Made by a program: the position numbers and the translations under genes
NCBI GenBank assembly: GCA_963720755.1
Contig: CAVRGP010000006.1
Location: 1 to 64,000 of the forward strand
Length of the DNA stretch: 64,000 nt
Reading direction: 5' to 3'
DNA from: an uncultured Chloroflexia bacterium
GTDB lineage: Bacteria; Chloroflexota; Limnocylindria; Limnocylindrales; CSP1-4
In this document: piece by piece, positions 43,314-53,085 of the stretch
Layout: each line of letters starts with the position of its first letter
Numbering within the stretch: position 1 is the first letter of the stretch
The notes under the pieces: model-generated
Database searches by the model: none
The model's input: only the letters and a program-made list of their open reading frames with translations
What the model was told of the DNA's origin: nothing

Positions 43314-44027
43314 TCAGCGACGGCGCAGGATCGCGGCGACCAGGCCGAAGACGCCCGCGAGGGCGAGTGCGCCGCGCCAGTCGAGCAGCGCGGTGACCTC
43401 ACCGTCCACTTTGCCCGCGATGACGACGCCGGCGAAGCCCTTTCGTTGGAAGGTGACCTTGCCCGCCATCAGGTTCCAGACGCCGACCTGGTCCAGCCTG
43501 GCCTCTCGTGCGAAGAGCGCCCGGACGAATGACTGACTGACCTTCGCATCGCCGGCGAGCGCGAGGGCGATGCCCCCCATCTCGGTCGAGATGGTGTCAC
43601 CACGGGCGATCGCGATCCCGCCCATGCTGACGGCGACATCCTGCGCAGCAACGGAGGCGATTCCTCCCTGCCTGACGTCCACGTGGGTGGCCTCGACCTG
43701 GGTGATCCCGCCACGTGTCACGTTTACGTTCGTGGCTTTGGCGAGGTCGATCCCGCCGTCCTGGACGGTCACCGTATCTGGCGATTTGAGCGGCGACGCC
43801 GCGGTCGCCGCAGCCGCAGGTTTCGCGGCCGGTGCGGTCTTGGCGGCCGCAGGCTTTGCAGCGGGTTTGGCCCTGGCGGCCGGTTTCTGCGCAGCCGGCT
43901 TCCTGGATGTGGCGGTCGCGCCGTTCGACCCGCTCGAGGCCGCGGTCGTCGCCTTCCGAGTCTTGGCTCCCGCCTGGGTCGCATCGGGTCCCGAGCCCGG
44001 ATCCTCCGGTGTCGGTCGATCTGTCAT
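43314..44027 (-). CDS. Hypothetical protein: K/A/P-rich N-terminus, 15-aa GGI repeats, C-terminal membrane anchor
   Basis: KPAA repeats; five GGI at 15-aa spacing; hydrophobic tail ending in RRR. Confidence 0.7.
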   Translation of the reverse strand: MTDRPTPEDPGSGPDATQAGAKTRKATTAASSGSNGATATSRKPAAQKPAARAKPAAKPAAAKTAPAAKPAAAATAASPLKSPDTVTVQDGGIDLAKATNVNVTRGGITQVEATHVDVRQGGIASVAAQDVAVSMGGIAIARGDTISTEMGGIALALAGDAKVSQSFVRALFAREARLDQVGVWNLMAGKVTFQRKGFAGVVIAGKVDGEVTALLDWRGALALAGVFGLVAAILRRR

Positions 44028-44135
44028 GGGCCAAGCCTACCGCGCGGGACCAAGATGCGCGAGCGCCGGAATGCCCGACGGGCGATCGTCATGTATCCTC
44101 CGCGACGTCCATCTCACCGTACTCAGAGGGCGACC

Positions 44136-45350
44136 TTGAATCGGACGACCGGTGGGGTCATCGCGGTGGTCATCACGGCGGTGCTCCTGATCGCATTCAC
44201 TGCGACGACCCTCGGGCAACCCGGACCGACTGCCGGGCCTGGGCCGATCGGACAGGCGTCCGCGACACCCTCCTCGTCGCCGGCGACCGTGGCGGGAACG
44301 CCGACGGCATCGCCGACCGCGACGGCCACGCCGACCCCGACGCCCGAACCGACCCCGGTCCCGACGCCGACCACGGTGCCGGCGCCGCTCACCGGTCGCC
44401 TCGTGTCACCCGCCGTCGCAGCTCGACATCCGATCGCGGTGATGATCGACGACCTGATCGACGCTCGTCCCCAGTCCGGCCTGTCCGCCGCCTCGGTCGT
44501 GTGGCACGCACCGGCCGAAGGGGGGATCCCGCGGTACATGGCGATCTTCCAGGACGAGCTGCCCAAGGACATCGGACCGGTCAGGAGCTCGCGCTACTAC
44601 TACATCGCCTGGGCTGCCGAATGGCGGGCGATCTATGCCCACGCCGGCGGTTCCCCACAGGCGCTGGACACACTGCGGGCGAAGGGCAGCGGCCAGTATG
44701 TCTACAACGTCGACGAATTCCGATACAGCGGGACGTTCCGTCGGATCACCACGCGCTACGCGCCCCACAACCTGTACACGACGGCGAAGCAGTTGCGCAG
44801 CGTCGGGAAGAACGCGGGCGCCGCTGACAAGGTCTACAAGGCTGCCTGGACGTTCGCCCCGGACGCACCCCTCGACATGCGGCCGTACGGCGGCTCGATC
44901 ACCGTCAAGTACCCGTACAACACGATCAAGTACACGTACAACCGCAACACGAACACCTACCTGCGTTCGGTCACCGGCGAGAAGAAGCAGACCGACGCCG
45001 CGACCGGGGAGCGGATCGCGCCGGCGAACGTGATCGTCATGCGGATGCAATTCGGCCCGCTCAACGACGGCCACCCGACCAAGCACCGACTCGAGGCGAC
45101 GGTCATCGGCAGCGGACCTGCCTGGATCTCGACCAACGGGGTGACCATCAAGGGGACGTGGAAGAAGACCTCGATGACCAAGCCGACGAAGTTCTACGAC
45201 CGAAACGGCAACGAGGTCACGCTGACGGTCGGTCAGACGTTCATCCAGGTGCTGACGACGAATACCTACAGTTACTCGGCGACGTTCAAGGCCGGCTCGA
45301 TGACCCCACCCGCGACGCCCGCCCCAAGCGCCAGCCCGACCTCGAACTGA
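44136..45350 (+). CDS. DUF3048 domain secreted protein
   Basis: APLTG, PIAVMID, ARPQSGL, AEGGIPRY, GPVRSSR, HAGGS, APHNLY. Confidence 0.85.
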   Translation: MNRTTGGVIAVVITAVLLIAFTATTLGQPGPTAGPGPIGQASATPSSSPATVAGTPTASPTATATPTPTPEPTPVPTPTTVPAPLTGRLVSPAVAARHPIAVMIDDLIDARPQSGLSAASVVWHAPAEGGIPRYMAIFQDELPKDIGPVRSSRYYYIAWAAEWRAIYAHAGGSPQALDTLRAKGSGQYVYNVDEFRYSGTFRRITTRYAPHNLYTTAKQLRSVGKNAGAADKVYKAAWTFAPDAPLDMRPYGGSITVKYPYNTIKYTYNRNTNTYLRSVTGEKKQTDAATGERIAPANVIVMRMQFGPLNDGHPTKHRLEATVIGSGPAWISTNGVTIKGTWKKTSMTKPTKFYDRNGNEVTLTVGQTFIQVLTTNTYSYSATFKAGSMTPPATPAPSASPTSN

Positions 45351-45357
45351 CAGGACG

Positions 45358-46656
45358 TCAATCCGGCCGGCGTCGACCCGCGTTCACGGCCGCATAGACC
45401 TCGCGTGTCTCCTGGGCGACGTCCGACCATGTTCGGGGGCTCCCCATCGCACTCGCCCGGGCGATCTCGGTGAGGCGTCCATGAACGGCATCGTCGGCCC
45501 AGAGCGTCCCCAGGGCGACCGCCATGCGAGCCGGGTCCCGAGGTTCGATCAGGAGTCCGGCCGGTCCGACGAGCTCAGGCAATGGTCCGACCGATGTCGC
45601 GATGACCGGCACGCCGCAGGCCAGCGCTTCGATGATCGGCAATCCGGCCGCCTCTGAAACGACCGGGAGGACGACGCCGCGGGCGCCCTGGATCAATCGA
45701 ACGAGATCGTCGACCGGAAGCGCTGGCGCGTAGACCAGGGTCTCGCCGATCCCCTTGCGCGCCGCCGCCCGGGCGATAGATGCTCTGTCGTCGGGACTGG
45801 CGCCGACGATCAGCACGCGGGGTGGCCAGGCGATCGCCTCGTCCAACCCTGCCGGACGCCCGGCCGCCGCCAGATCGGCCAACGAGGACAGGAACGTGCC
45901 GAGGTCGAGGCGGGCATCGAATCGCCCAGGCAGGACGAAGTAGCGCGACCCGAGACCGAGGCGTTCGCGGAGGGCGTCTCCATCCTCATCCGAGTTCGGA
46001 CCAGGTGGACGAAGACCGAAGCCGTGTCGCGGGGCCAGGCGGACGACGTGGATCCGGTCGCGACGGATCCGAAGCATCCGCCGCGCGGCAAGCGCGGTCG
46101 CCTCGCTGCCGACGATGACCGCAGCGGCTTCTCTGAGCAGTCGGGTACGCAGTCGCTGGCCGAACCGATTCGCCGCCGATCGGTTGAACGCCTGGCGCAG
46201 CTCCCATGGTGCGACGTCGAGCAGCGTGACCACGACCGGCAGTCCGGAGGCGATCGGCAACGGGCCACTGCCCACCGCGTGGTAGACGGCGCCGGTCGCA
46301 CCGCGCTTGTCGGCTCTCCAGGCGGTTCCGAATGCGGCGCTCCTGAGGATGAACGGATCGACGGTCATCGCCCCGGCGCGCAACAACCTCGTGGGCGGCA
46401 GTTGCCGTCGGCCGGCTTCATCGAGGTGTTCGAACCTGGCGGTCACATCGGCCAGATCGGCAGCGACCAGCCAGACGAACGACTCACCCTCGGCCGGCTC
46501 GCTGTCGTACGCCGTCAGGAGGCCGTCCAGGTACTGCGCAGCCACCGGCGCTCGGTCGGGGGCCTGGAGTGGCCGTACGTCGAGAACGACCCGGACCCCC
46601 GGCGGCCGAGGGCGAAGATCGATCCCCAGACGCTGACCCGCTCCCGTACCGGTCAC
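45358..46656 (-). CDS. Glycosyltransferase family 4
   Basis: EAAGLPIIEALACGVPVIAT, LPELVG; GTG start overlapping the upstream stop. Confidence 0.85.
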   Translation of the reverse strand: MTGTGAGQRLGIDLRPRPPGVRVVLDVRPLQAPDRAPVAAQYLDGLLTAYDSEPAEGESFVWLVAADLADVTARFEHLDEAGRRQLPPTRLLRAGAMTVDPFILRSAAFGTAWRADKRGATGAVYHAVGSGPLPIASGLPVVVTLLDVAPWELRQAFNRSAANRFGQRLRTRLLREAAAVIVGSEATALAARRMLRIRRDRIHVVRLAPRHGFGLRPPGPNSDEDGDALRERLGLGSRYFVLPGRFDARLDLGTFLSSLADLAAAGRPAGLDEAIAWPPRVLIVGASPDDRASIARAAARKGIGETLVYAPALPVDDLVRLIQGARGVVLPVVSEAAGLPIIEALACGVPVIATSVGPLPELVGPAGLLIEPRDPARMAVALGTLWADDAVHGRLTEIARASAMGSPRTWSDVAQETREVYAAVNAGRRRPD

Positions 46657-47450
46657 GACTCGTTGCGGCGGCGGGACCGACGGATCCGCCCGATGAGGTC
46701 CTCTGCGCGAAGTTGGACGACGACGACGAGCGCCTCGACCACGATCCTCCGGCTCATCTTGGATTGGCCGACCCGGCGATCGCGGAACGTGATCGGGACC
46801 TCCTCGATGCGCGCGCCCGAACGGCTCGCCCGAAAGGTCATCTCGATCTGGAAGACGTAGCCGCCGGCATGGACCCCATCGAACGGAACGTTGGCCAGGG
46901 TTTCCGCCCGCCACGCCTTGAAGCCTCCGGTCAGATCGTGCTGGTGAAGACCCAGGACGATCCTGGCGAACAGGCTCCCGCCGCGTGAGACGATCCGGCG
47001 ACCCAGCCCCCAGTCAGCGACCGATCCACCCGCGACGTAGCGCGACCCGATGACCAGGTCTGCCGACCCATCCGCGATCGGGCCGACGAGCGCCGGCAAC
47101 GCCTCCGGCGCATGACTGAAATCGGCATCCATCTGGACGACCGTGGTCGCCCCACCGTCGAGCGCCACGCCGAAGCCGTCGAGATAGGCACGGCCCAGAC
47201 CTTGTTTGAGCGAGCGATGGCGGACCCGGATGCGCGGATCTGCTGCCGCGAGTGCGTCAGCCAGACGGCCGGTCCCGTCCGGGGAGTCGTCATCGACCAC
47301 GAGGATGGTCGCGCCCGGGAGCGCGGCCAGCACCGCCTTCGTGATCGGCTCGATGTTCTCCGCTTCGTCGTAGGTCGGCAGGACGATCCAGGCGCCCGCG
47401 CCAGGCTGGTCGCGCGGCGGGATCGAGGTCGGATCGGCGGTCTCCGTCAT
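46653..47450 (-). CDS. Polyprenol monophosphomannose synthase-like GT2
   Basis: VLPTYDE, VVDDDSPDGT, QMDADFSH, GSRY, DLTGGFKAWR, GYVFQIEM. Confidence 0.92.
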   Translation of the reverse strand: MTETADPTSIPPRDQPGAGAWIVLPTYDEAENIEPITKAVLAALPGATILVVDDDSPDGTGRLADALAAADPRIRVRHRSLKQGLGRAYLDGFGVALDGGATTVVQMDADFSHAPEALPALVGPIADGSADLVIGSRYVAGGSVADWGLGRRIVSRGGSLFARIVLGLHQHDLTGGFKAWRAETLANVPFDGVHAGGYVFQIEMTFRASRSGARIEEVPITFRDRRVGQSKMSRRIVVEALVVVVQLRAEDLIGRIRRSRRRNES

Positions 47451-47478
47451 CGCCCGAAGTCTACGGGTCGCACGCCGA

Positions 47479-49962
47479 CTACGGAACCTTGACGACGACG
47501 GACCGGGCGAACCGCGACGCGCCGATCCGGCTGGTCGCGTCGATCACGATCTTGTAGGTGCCAGCTGCCACGTACGCGTGTGCCGCCTTGCCGTTCCAGG
47601 TCCAGCTATGGACGCCGGCCGTCATGGCTTGCCCGCTCCGGATCGTGCGAACGAGCCTCGACCCCTGGTAGATGGCGACCGTGACCGTGGCCTTGCGAAG
47701 CAACGAGAAGGTCACCGTGTCCCGCTGACCCACTCGCGGCCGGAACGAAGCGGCAGACCAGCGAACAGACCGGATGGTCCGGTCGACCCGGACAGCCAGG
47801 TCCTTGACCGTCCGGTTGCCGGCGGCGTCGAGGCCATTGATCCGGAAGGTGTAGCGCCCATCAGGGACTCGCCGGCCCCTGGCGTCATCGCCGTTCCAGA
47901 CCCACCGACCCGTGGCCGACTTCTTGATGGCCCAGCCGCGAACCACCTTGCCCGCTTGATCGAGGATCCGGGCCTTGCCCGTGACCGCCTCGCTCGCCGA
48001 CATGGCGAGGGCCATCCGATCGGTGTGTCCATCGCCATCTGGCGAGATAGAGAGATGTGAGGATGACATCCGCACGGAAGCGGCGTGCGTGTCGATGGTC
48101 ACGACTTTGGCCACGCTCGCCCGGTTGTCCGAAGCGTCGGCCGTCCACACGGTGATCCGGTACGGCCCATCCGGGACCGCGGCCCCGGCCCCGGTCTTGC
48201 CGTCCCAGGTATAGCTGACGGTCTTGCTGGACGACGACCCGGACACGACCTTCGGCCCGGCGATACTGTCGAAGTAGGGTTCCACGACCCACCCGAAGGT
48301 GAGCTGTCCGGTCACCTTGACGTTGATGGTCGTCGTATCCAGACGACCGTCGCCGTTCGGTGACACGAGCGTGGTGCTGATCGAGGAACTGGTGATGACC
48401 GGCGGCACCGTGTCCGTGATGAACTTGTCGCCGAGCGCCTGGTAGAGCTCCGGCCGGGTCCCGTCATAGCCGAGCGCCCAGATCCCAACGCCGCGGAGGT
48501 TGTCCTTGTTGACCAGGTCGTACTTGAGTCGGAGCGCCTTGGAGCTATCGAAATAAAGCTGGCGCCACGGGTTGACGCAGCCGTAGGTCGCGGTGCAGTT
48601 CTGGCGCCGATAGACGGTCCAGGCCACGCCTTCCACCGGGTCCCACGATTGACCGTGGTCGGCGGCGTACTTGCGGGCGGTCGTGTAGACCACGGATGCC
48701 GACGCGCCGTTCTTGGTCCCGGAGATGTTCTTGGAGTTCAAGTCCGCGGTCTTGGTCGACCAGGCGCGGCCGTAGTAGGGGACGCCCAGGATGATCCTGG
48801 AAGCGGGGATCCGAGCCAGGTACGCCTGCAACGTGTCACCGACGTCGTAGGTGGGGCCCCCGATCGGCGCGATCGACCCGACCGTCGCCGAGGATGCTGA
48901 CCGGTAGTCGTAGCCCATGATCACCACGGCGTCGGCCGCGTTGGAGCCGGTCGAATCCTCGATCGGATAGTTGCCGATCCAGCCGGTCGCGTCGAACGTC
49001 AGCTGGTAGCCCGCATGGACCTTGTCCAACTCGTTGCGGACGGACTTGACGAGCGCGGTGAATTCGTCGGCGTAGGTCGACGCGATCGGCTCGAAGTCCA
49101 GGTTGGCCCCATCGGCGCCCCGATCCCTGACCGCCGCCGCGATCTGGCGGGCCAGGTTCGCGCGGTTGGCGCTGCTGCCGAGCAGGGTCATTTGATTCTT
49201 CGCACCGGTCGTCGACCAGGCGAAACTCTGGACCGTGAGCACGACGCGGGCCCCGCTCGCGTGCGCAGCGTTGATGATGCTGGTCATCTTGGAGCTCGTC
49301 CAGCCGCTCCAGCCGACCGTCGTGGATCCATCGCTGTTCCGGCGCTGGAGGTCACCGTTGCTGGCGGCTCCGACACCGAAGTAGGCGATCGTCGACAGCT
49401 TCGCCCAGTCGAGTCGGGTCGAGCTGGCGTTCAGCTCCCAGTACGGCAGGAACCCGAAGACTTCCCGTTTGAGACCGCCCGGATCGACCGCTGCGGCCAG
49501 GTCGGCCGGGATCGCGGCCGACGGGTCGAACACCGGCGTGTCGACCGAGCCGACCGATCCTGATGGGGCGATCGTCGTGGTCGCGGGGACCGGTGCGGAT
49601 CCCTGCCGGCGCAGGTCGTTGCCGGTCAGCCGTCCGGCGGGGAGCGCCTGCGACCTGGCGCCACCGACGTTCCATCGATCACTGTGCCGTGGCTTGAACC
49701 CGATCGACACCCGATCACCCGGGGCGAACGCGATCTTGTCCGCGGCGTGCGCCATCGCTTCTTCGTACTGGATCGTGGGTTGCACGTGGGCGGGCGAGGC
49801 CGAAGCCGTCGGGTCGGCCGCGCGGACAGCGGCGGCCGGAGCCCAGACTGCGAGCAGGGCAAGGCCCGTGGCGAGCACGACCAGGGTCCGGGCGGCCGGG
49901 CGGTGTCGGGCGGCGGGGCGTACGACGGGCGATGACACGACATTCCTCCGGTGATCCTGCAC
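47479..49962 (-). CDS. Secreted GH18 glycoside hydrolase with C-terminal FlgD-like Ig domains
   Basis: Signal peptide; DGANLDFE, MGYDY, LGVPYYGR, GVGIWALGYD; SPNGDG..D and WDG motifs. Confidence 0.88.
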   Translation of the reverse strand: MQDHRRNVVSSPVVRPAARHRPAARTLVVLATGLALLAVWAPAAAVRAADPTASASPAHVQPTIQYEEAMAHAADKIAFAPGDRVSIGFKPRHSDRWNVGGARSQALPAGRLTGNDLRRQGSAPVPATTTIAPSGSVGSVDTPVFDPSAAIPADLAAAVDPGGLKREVFGFLPYWELNASSTRLDWAKLSTIAYFGVGAASNGDLQRRNSDGSTTVGWSGWTSSKMTSIINAAHASGARVVLTVQSFAWSTTGAKNQMTLLGSSANRANLARQIAAAVRDRGADGANLDFEPIASTYADEFTALVKSVRNELDKVHAGYQLTFDATGWIGNYPIEDSTGSNAADAVVIMGYDYRSASSATVGSIAPIGGPTYDVGDTLQAYLARIPASRIILGVPYYGRAWSTKTADLNSKNISGTKNGASASVVYTTARKYAADHGQSWDPVEGVAWTVYRRQNCTATYGCVNPWRQLYFDSSKALRLKYDLVNKDNLRGVGIWALGYDGTRPELYQALGDKFITDTVPPVITSSSISTTLVSPNGDGRLDTTTINVKVTGQLTFGWVVEPYFDSIAGPKVVSGSSSSKTVSYTWDGKTGAGAAVPDGPYRITVWTADASDNRASVAKVVTIDTHAASVRMSSSHLSISPDGDGHTDRMALAMSASEAVTGKARILDQAGKVVRGWAIKKSATGRWVWNGDDARGRRVPDGRYTFRINGLDAAGNRTVKDLAVRVDRTIRSVRWSAASFRPRVGQRDTVTFSLLRKATVTVAIYQGSRLVRTIRSGQAMTAGVHSWTWNGKAAHAYVAAGTYKIVIDATSRIGASRFARSVVVKVP

Positions 49963-50092
49963 TGCCCCAGCCTCGTGTCAGGCGCTTCGCGCATCCATCG
50001 CCCGAAGGTCCCGGTCAGGGATGGTACGGGGCACTACAGTGCGGTCCGGGTCGGCCCGGTGTTGTCCGGTGTGGTCCAGATGCTACGCCGGG

Positions 50093-52450
50093 TCAGTGCA
50101 ATGTGTATGTGAACCAGGTCCGTTGCCTGCCGCCATACTTGTCGTAGCCCTTGACCCGGAACCTGACCGGACCGGCCGACCCGCCCGACTTGAGCCGGAT
50201 CGTGACCTTGTAGGTGTACTTGCCCGTCTTCGTCGTGGCGGCGCTCCAGTGCGACACGCCGGGTTGGTACACGAACAGGCGCGGGTTCCTGGACAGGACC
50301 TCGGCCGAGGTGATGGCGATGCTGACCGTCTGGCCACGGGCGGGCGTCGCATCACTCAGGGTCAAACGGAACGCGTCGAGGTCGAAGGCGACGGCCTGGG
50401 TCGCGGTCAGCGTCCCGTCCGTAGCGACGGCCTGTACCGTGTAGTGGCCCCGCGGCAGCATGGTCCCGTCCGCGGCACGACCATCGAACGTCCAGGTCTG
50501 GCGTCCGGCCGGCAACGGGGTGGCGTCGAACCGGGTCGCAACGGTCGCGCCGGTCGCGTCCAGGATGGCCCAGCTGACCGTCATCGGACGCTGGAGCACG
50601 AGCGAGAGGCTTGTCTTCCTGGCGAGGCGATCGAGGTCCTGCGGGAAGAACATCGTCCGACTCGATGCCACGGACCGAAGTGCGGCGACGAGCTCAACGG
50701 TCCGGGCGACCGTCGGGCCGGTGTTGCCGGCGAGATCCTGGGAGGCCGCGTTGATCGTGTAGACGCCATCCGGCGCATAGCCCCCGGCCGTCGTTCGCCC
50801 GTCCCAGGTCAGCGCGACCGGGCTCGATCCATAGCCCACCGTCCACTTGTCGACGACCGCACCGCCGGCATCCCGGACCTTGACGGCAACGCCGCCCGGC
50901 TCCGGGTCCGTGGCGACCACGGCGACCGTATCGCGGAAGCCGTCACCGTTGGGCGAGAACCATTGGGTCGTGGATGCGCCGGGGGTGAGGCTCGTCGTGG
51001 TCGGCGGCGTCGTATCCACCTTCACGTTCCTGGTGGCCTCCGCCGGTCCGTTGCCCCATGCATCGACGCCCGTGACATGGACCTGATACGTCCCGTCCGC
51101 CACGGGTGCGCCGGCGACCAGGCCGTCCCAGGCCACATCGACGGCAGACCCTTGGCCGGTCTGCTCGAACAGGATGCCGTGATCGTCGGTCACCTGGAGT
51201 GTCCAGGCCACGCTCTCCGTGAATTGGGCGCGGATCTGGGCGGTGTCGACCTGCCCGTCGCCATTGGGCGAGAACGGGCCCCCCGAATCGAGGGATCGGA
51301 TGATCGGCGCCGTGCTGTCCCGCGGCGTCAGATCGCTGGCCGCGATGAACCCAGTGATCGATGGGTCATCGATCCCCTGGACCTGGACCAGCGTTGCAGC
51401 CTCGCCGCTCGTCTGGACGGCCGTATCGACGACGCGCAGGCGCGTCCCGGCCGGCAGCGTCCCGTCCGGCACGTTGTCGCCGGCCTCGGTGAACAGGGCA
51501 GCTCCGCCTGCGGCCACATCGGCGTTGCCGGGAACCTGCAGGGTCGACGGATCGCTGCCGGTATCGCCGATCCCGCCGAGGATCACGTCGTCCGTCGTCA
51601 CACCCGTCGAGGTGATAGCCAGGGATCGGTAGTAGCCGGTGGTGGCAGTGTTCGGGTCCTGGAAGACGGTCGCGCCGGGCGTCCGGCTCGAGGCGAAACT
51701 CCTGACGTGGCCGTTCTGGTCGGGCATGGTCCGCCACATGTCTTCCAGCGTCTGGTGGGTCGTGAACAACGCCTGCAGGTACGGCTCCGCGCCGGTGTGC
51801 CCATCGGCGATGACGGCCGCGGCGCCGGCCTTCAGGAACCCGGCCGCGTAGTTGTCGGCGCGCTGGCGGGCGACCGAGGCGCTCGGTTCGGCGTTGCCCG
51901 GTTCGGAGTTACCGGATGCGTAGCAGAGGTGATGGAGCAGGATGACGGCGCCCGGCGCGAGGTCGAGCTTGGCGACGTACGGTTCCCCGTAGTACTTGTT
52001 GTTGTAATCCCCGTTACCCGCTGTCGCATTGAGCCCGAAGCCGTCCTTGGTCGTGTAGTTCGGGTCGTAGGTGTAGGGGCTCGGCCAGCCGTTCCCGTGA
52101 CCCATGTAGATCACCACCGAAGCGCCGACCACGGCCGCCTTCACCTTCGCCCATGTCGCGTTCGGGCTGTAGACCTTGGTGACGTCGGAGGTGTACTTGA
52201 TCGCCTCGGCGTAGGCCCGGTCCGCGTCCGCGCGGTAGGACGCCGTCGCGCTGTGCGTGGCGCCGACGATGATGACGACCTTCGGCTCGCCGGATGGGGA
52301 GACGGCCGCCGAGGCCGCCGGCACGGCGATGCCGAGCGTGACGATCAACGTGATGGCGAGGGCGACGGCTGATCTTCGCAACACGGACTCCGAGACTGGC
52401 GGGGCGAGAGATGGCCTCACCAGAGTCGCGGGGTGGGCGGAGCGCCTCAA
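50093..52450 (-). CDS. Secreted protein with FlgD-like Ig domains and a putative His/Cys catalytic N-domain
   Basis: Signal peptide; YMGHG and HHLCYASG; repeated FSPNGDG..DT / WDG...DG.Y; start approximate. Confidence 0.75.
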   Translation of the reverse strand: MRRSAHPATLVRPSLAPPVSESVLRRSAVALAITLIVTLGIAVPAASAAVSPSGEPKVVIIVGATHSATASYRADADRAYAEAIKYTSDVTKVYSPNATWAKVKAAVVGASVVIYMGHGNGWPSPYTYDPNYTTKDGFGLNATAGNGDYNNKYYGEPYVAKLDLAPGAVILLHHLCYASGNSEPGNAEPSASVARQRADNYAAGFLKAGAAAVIADGHTGAEPYLQALFTTHQTLEDMWRTMPDQNGHVRSFASSRTPGATVFQDPNTATTGYYRSLAITSTGVTTDDVILGGIGDTGSDPSTLQVPGNADVAAGGAALFTEAGDNVPDGTLPAGTRLRVVDTAVQTSGEAATLVQVQGIDDPSITGFIAASDLTPRDSTAPIIRSLDSGGPFSPNGDGQVDTAQIRAQFTESVAWTLQVTDDHGILFEQTGQGSAVDVAWDGLVAGAPVADGTYQVHVTGVDAWGNGPAEATRNVKVDTTPPTTTSLTPGASTTQWFSPNGDGFRDTVAVVATDPEPGGVAVKVRDAGGAVVDKWTVGYGSSPVALTWDGRTTAGGYAPDGVYTINAASQDLAGNTGPTVARTVELVAALRSVASSRTMFFPQDLDRLARKTSLSLVLQRPMTVSWAILDATGATVATRFDATPLPAGRQTWTFDGRAADGTMLPRGHYTVQAVATDGTLTATQAVAFDLDAFRLTLSDATPARGQTVSIAITSAEVLSRNPRLFVYQPGVSHWSAATTKTGKYTYKVTIRLKSGGSAGPVRFRVKGYDKYGGRQRTWFTYTLH

Positions 52451-52527
52451 TCGCGGGATGGTCCGGGGACCCCTAGCCCCTTCGGGCCGACCGGAGTGCG
52501 GAGCCGGGGAGAGCGGTGCGGTCCGGG

Positions 52528-53085
52528 TCAGACGGCCCCGTCGCGCAGGCGCACCGCGAGCTCGGCGAGTGATGGGTTCGCAGCGTCACGCGGCGACAGG
52601 ATCGGCCGTCCGTGCGGGGTCCAGGAGAGGTTCGGCCATGGGACGCCGACGGCCGGATCGTCCCACGCGAACCCCAGCTCATCCGAGCCGTCGTACTCGT
52701 TCGTGACGAAGTAGATCAGCTGGAGCGGATCCAGGGCGAGGAACCCGTGGGCGACGCCGGTCGGGATGATGACCCACTCGTCGGCGACGAGCTCCCGGAC
52801 CTCTACGACGGCGGCGCCGGTCCCATCGACCAGCGGCCGAGTATCCACGAGCGCCACGAACGCCCGGCCGTCAGCCACGACCCACAGATCATCCTGGTGC
52901 CGATGCAGGTGGAGACCACGGAGGACACCAGCGGCGGAGGTCGACAGGTTGGCCTGCACGAACCGCCGGTCCGGCAGGTCGCTGGCGCGCCAGAGCTCGC
53001 GGAAGGACCCGCGTTGATCGCCATACCGCTCGATCGCTCCGTAGGCGACCCCGGGGAGCGCGGATGGTGGACGGCTGGCGGTCAT
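52528..53085 (-). CDS. rmlC: dTDP-4-dehydrorhamnose 3,5-epimerase
   Basis: DQRGSFRE, QANLS, GVLRGLH, IPTGVAHGF, WDDP. Confidence 0.92.
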   Translation of the reverse strand: MTASRPPSALPGVAYGAIERYGDQRGSFRELWRASDLPDRRFVQANLSTSAAGVLRGLHLHRHQDDLWVVADGRAFVALVDTRPLVDGTGAAVVEVRELVADEWVIIPTGVAHGFLALDPLQLIYFVTNEYDGSDELGFAWDDPAVGVPWPNLSWTPHGRPILSPRDAANPSLAELAVRLRDGAV

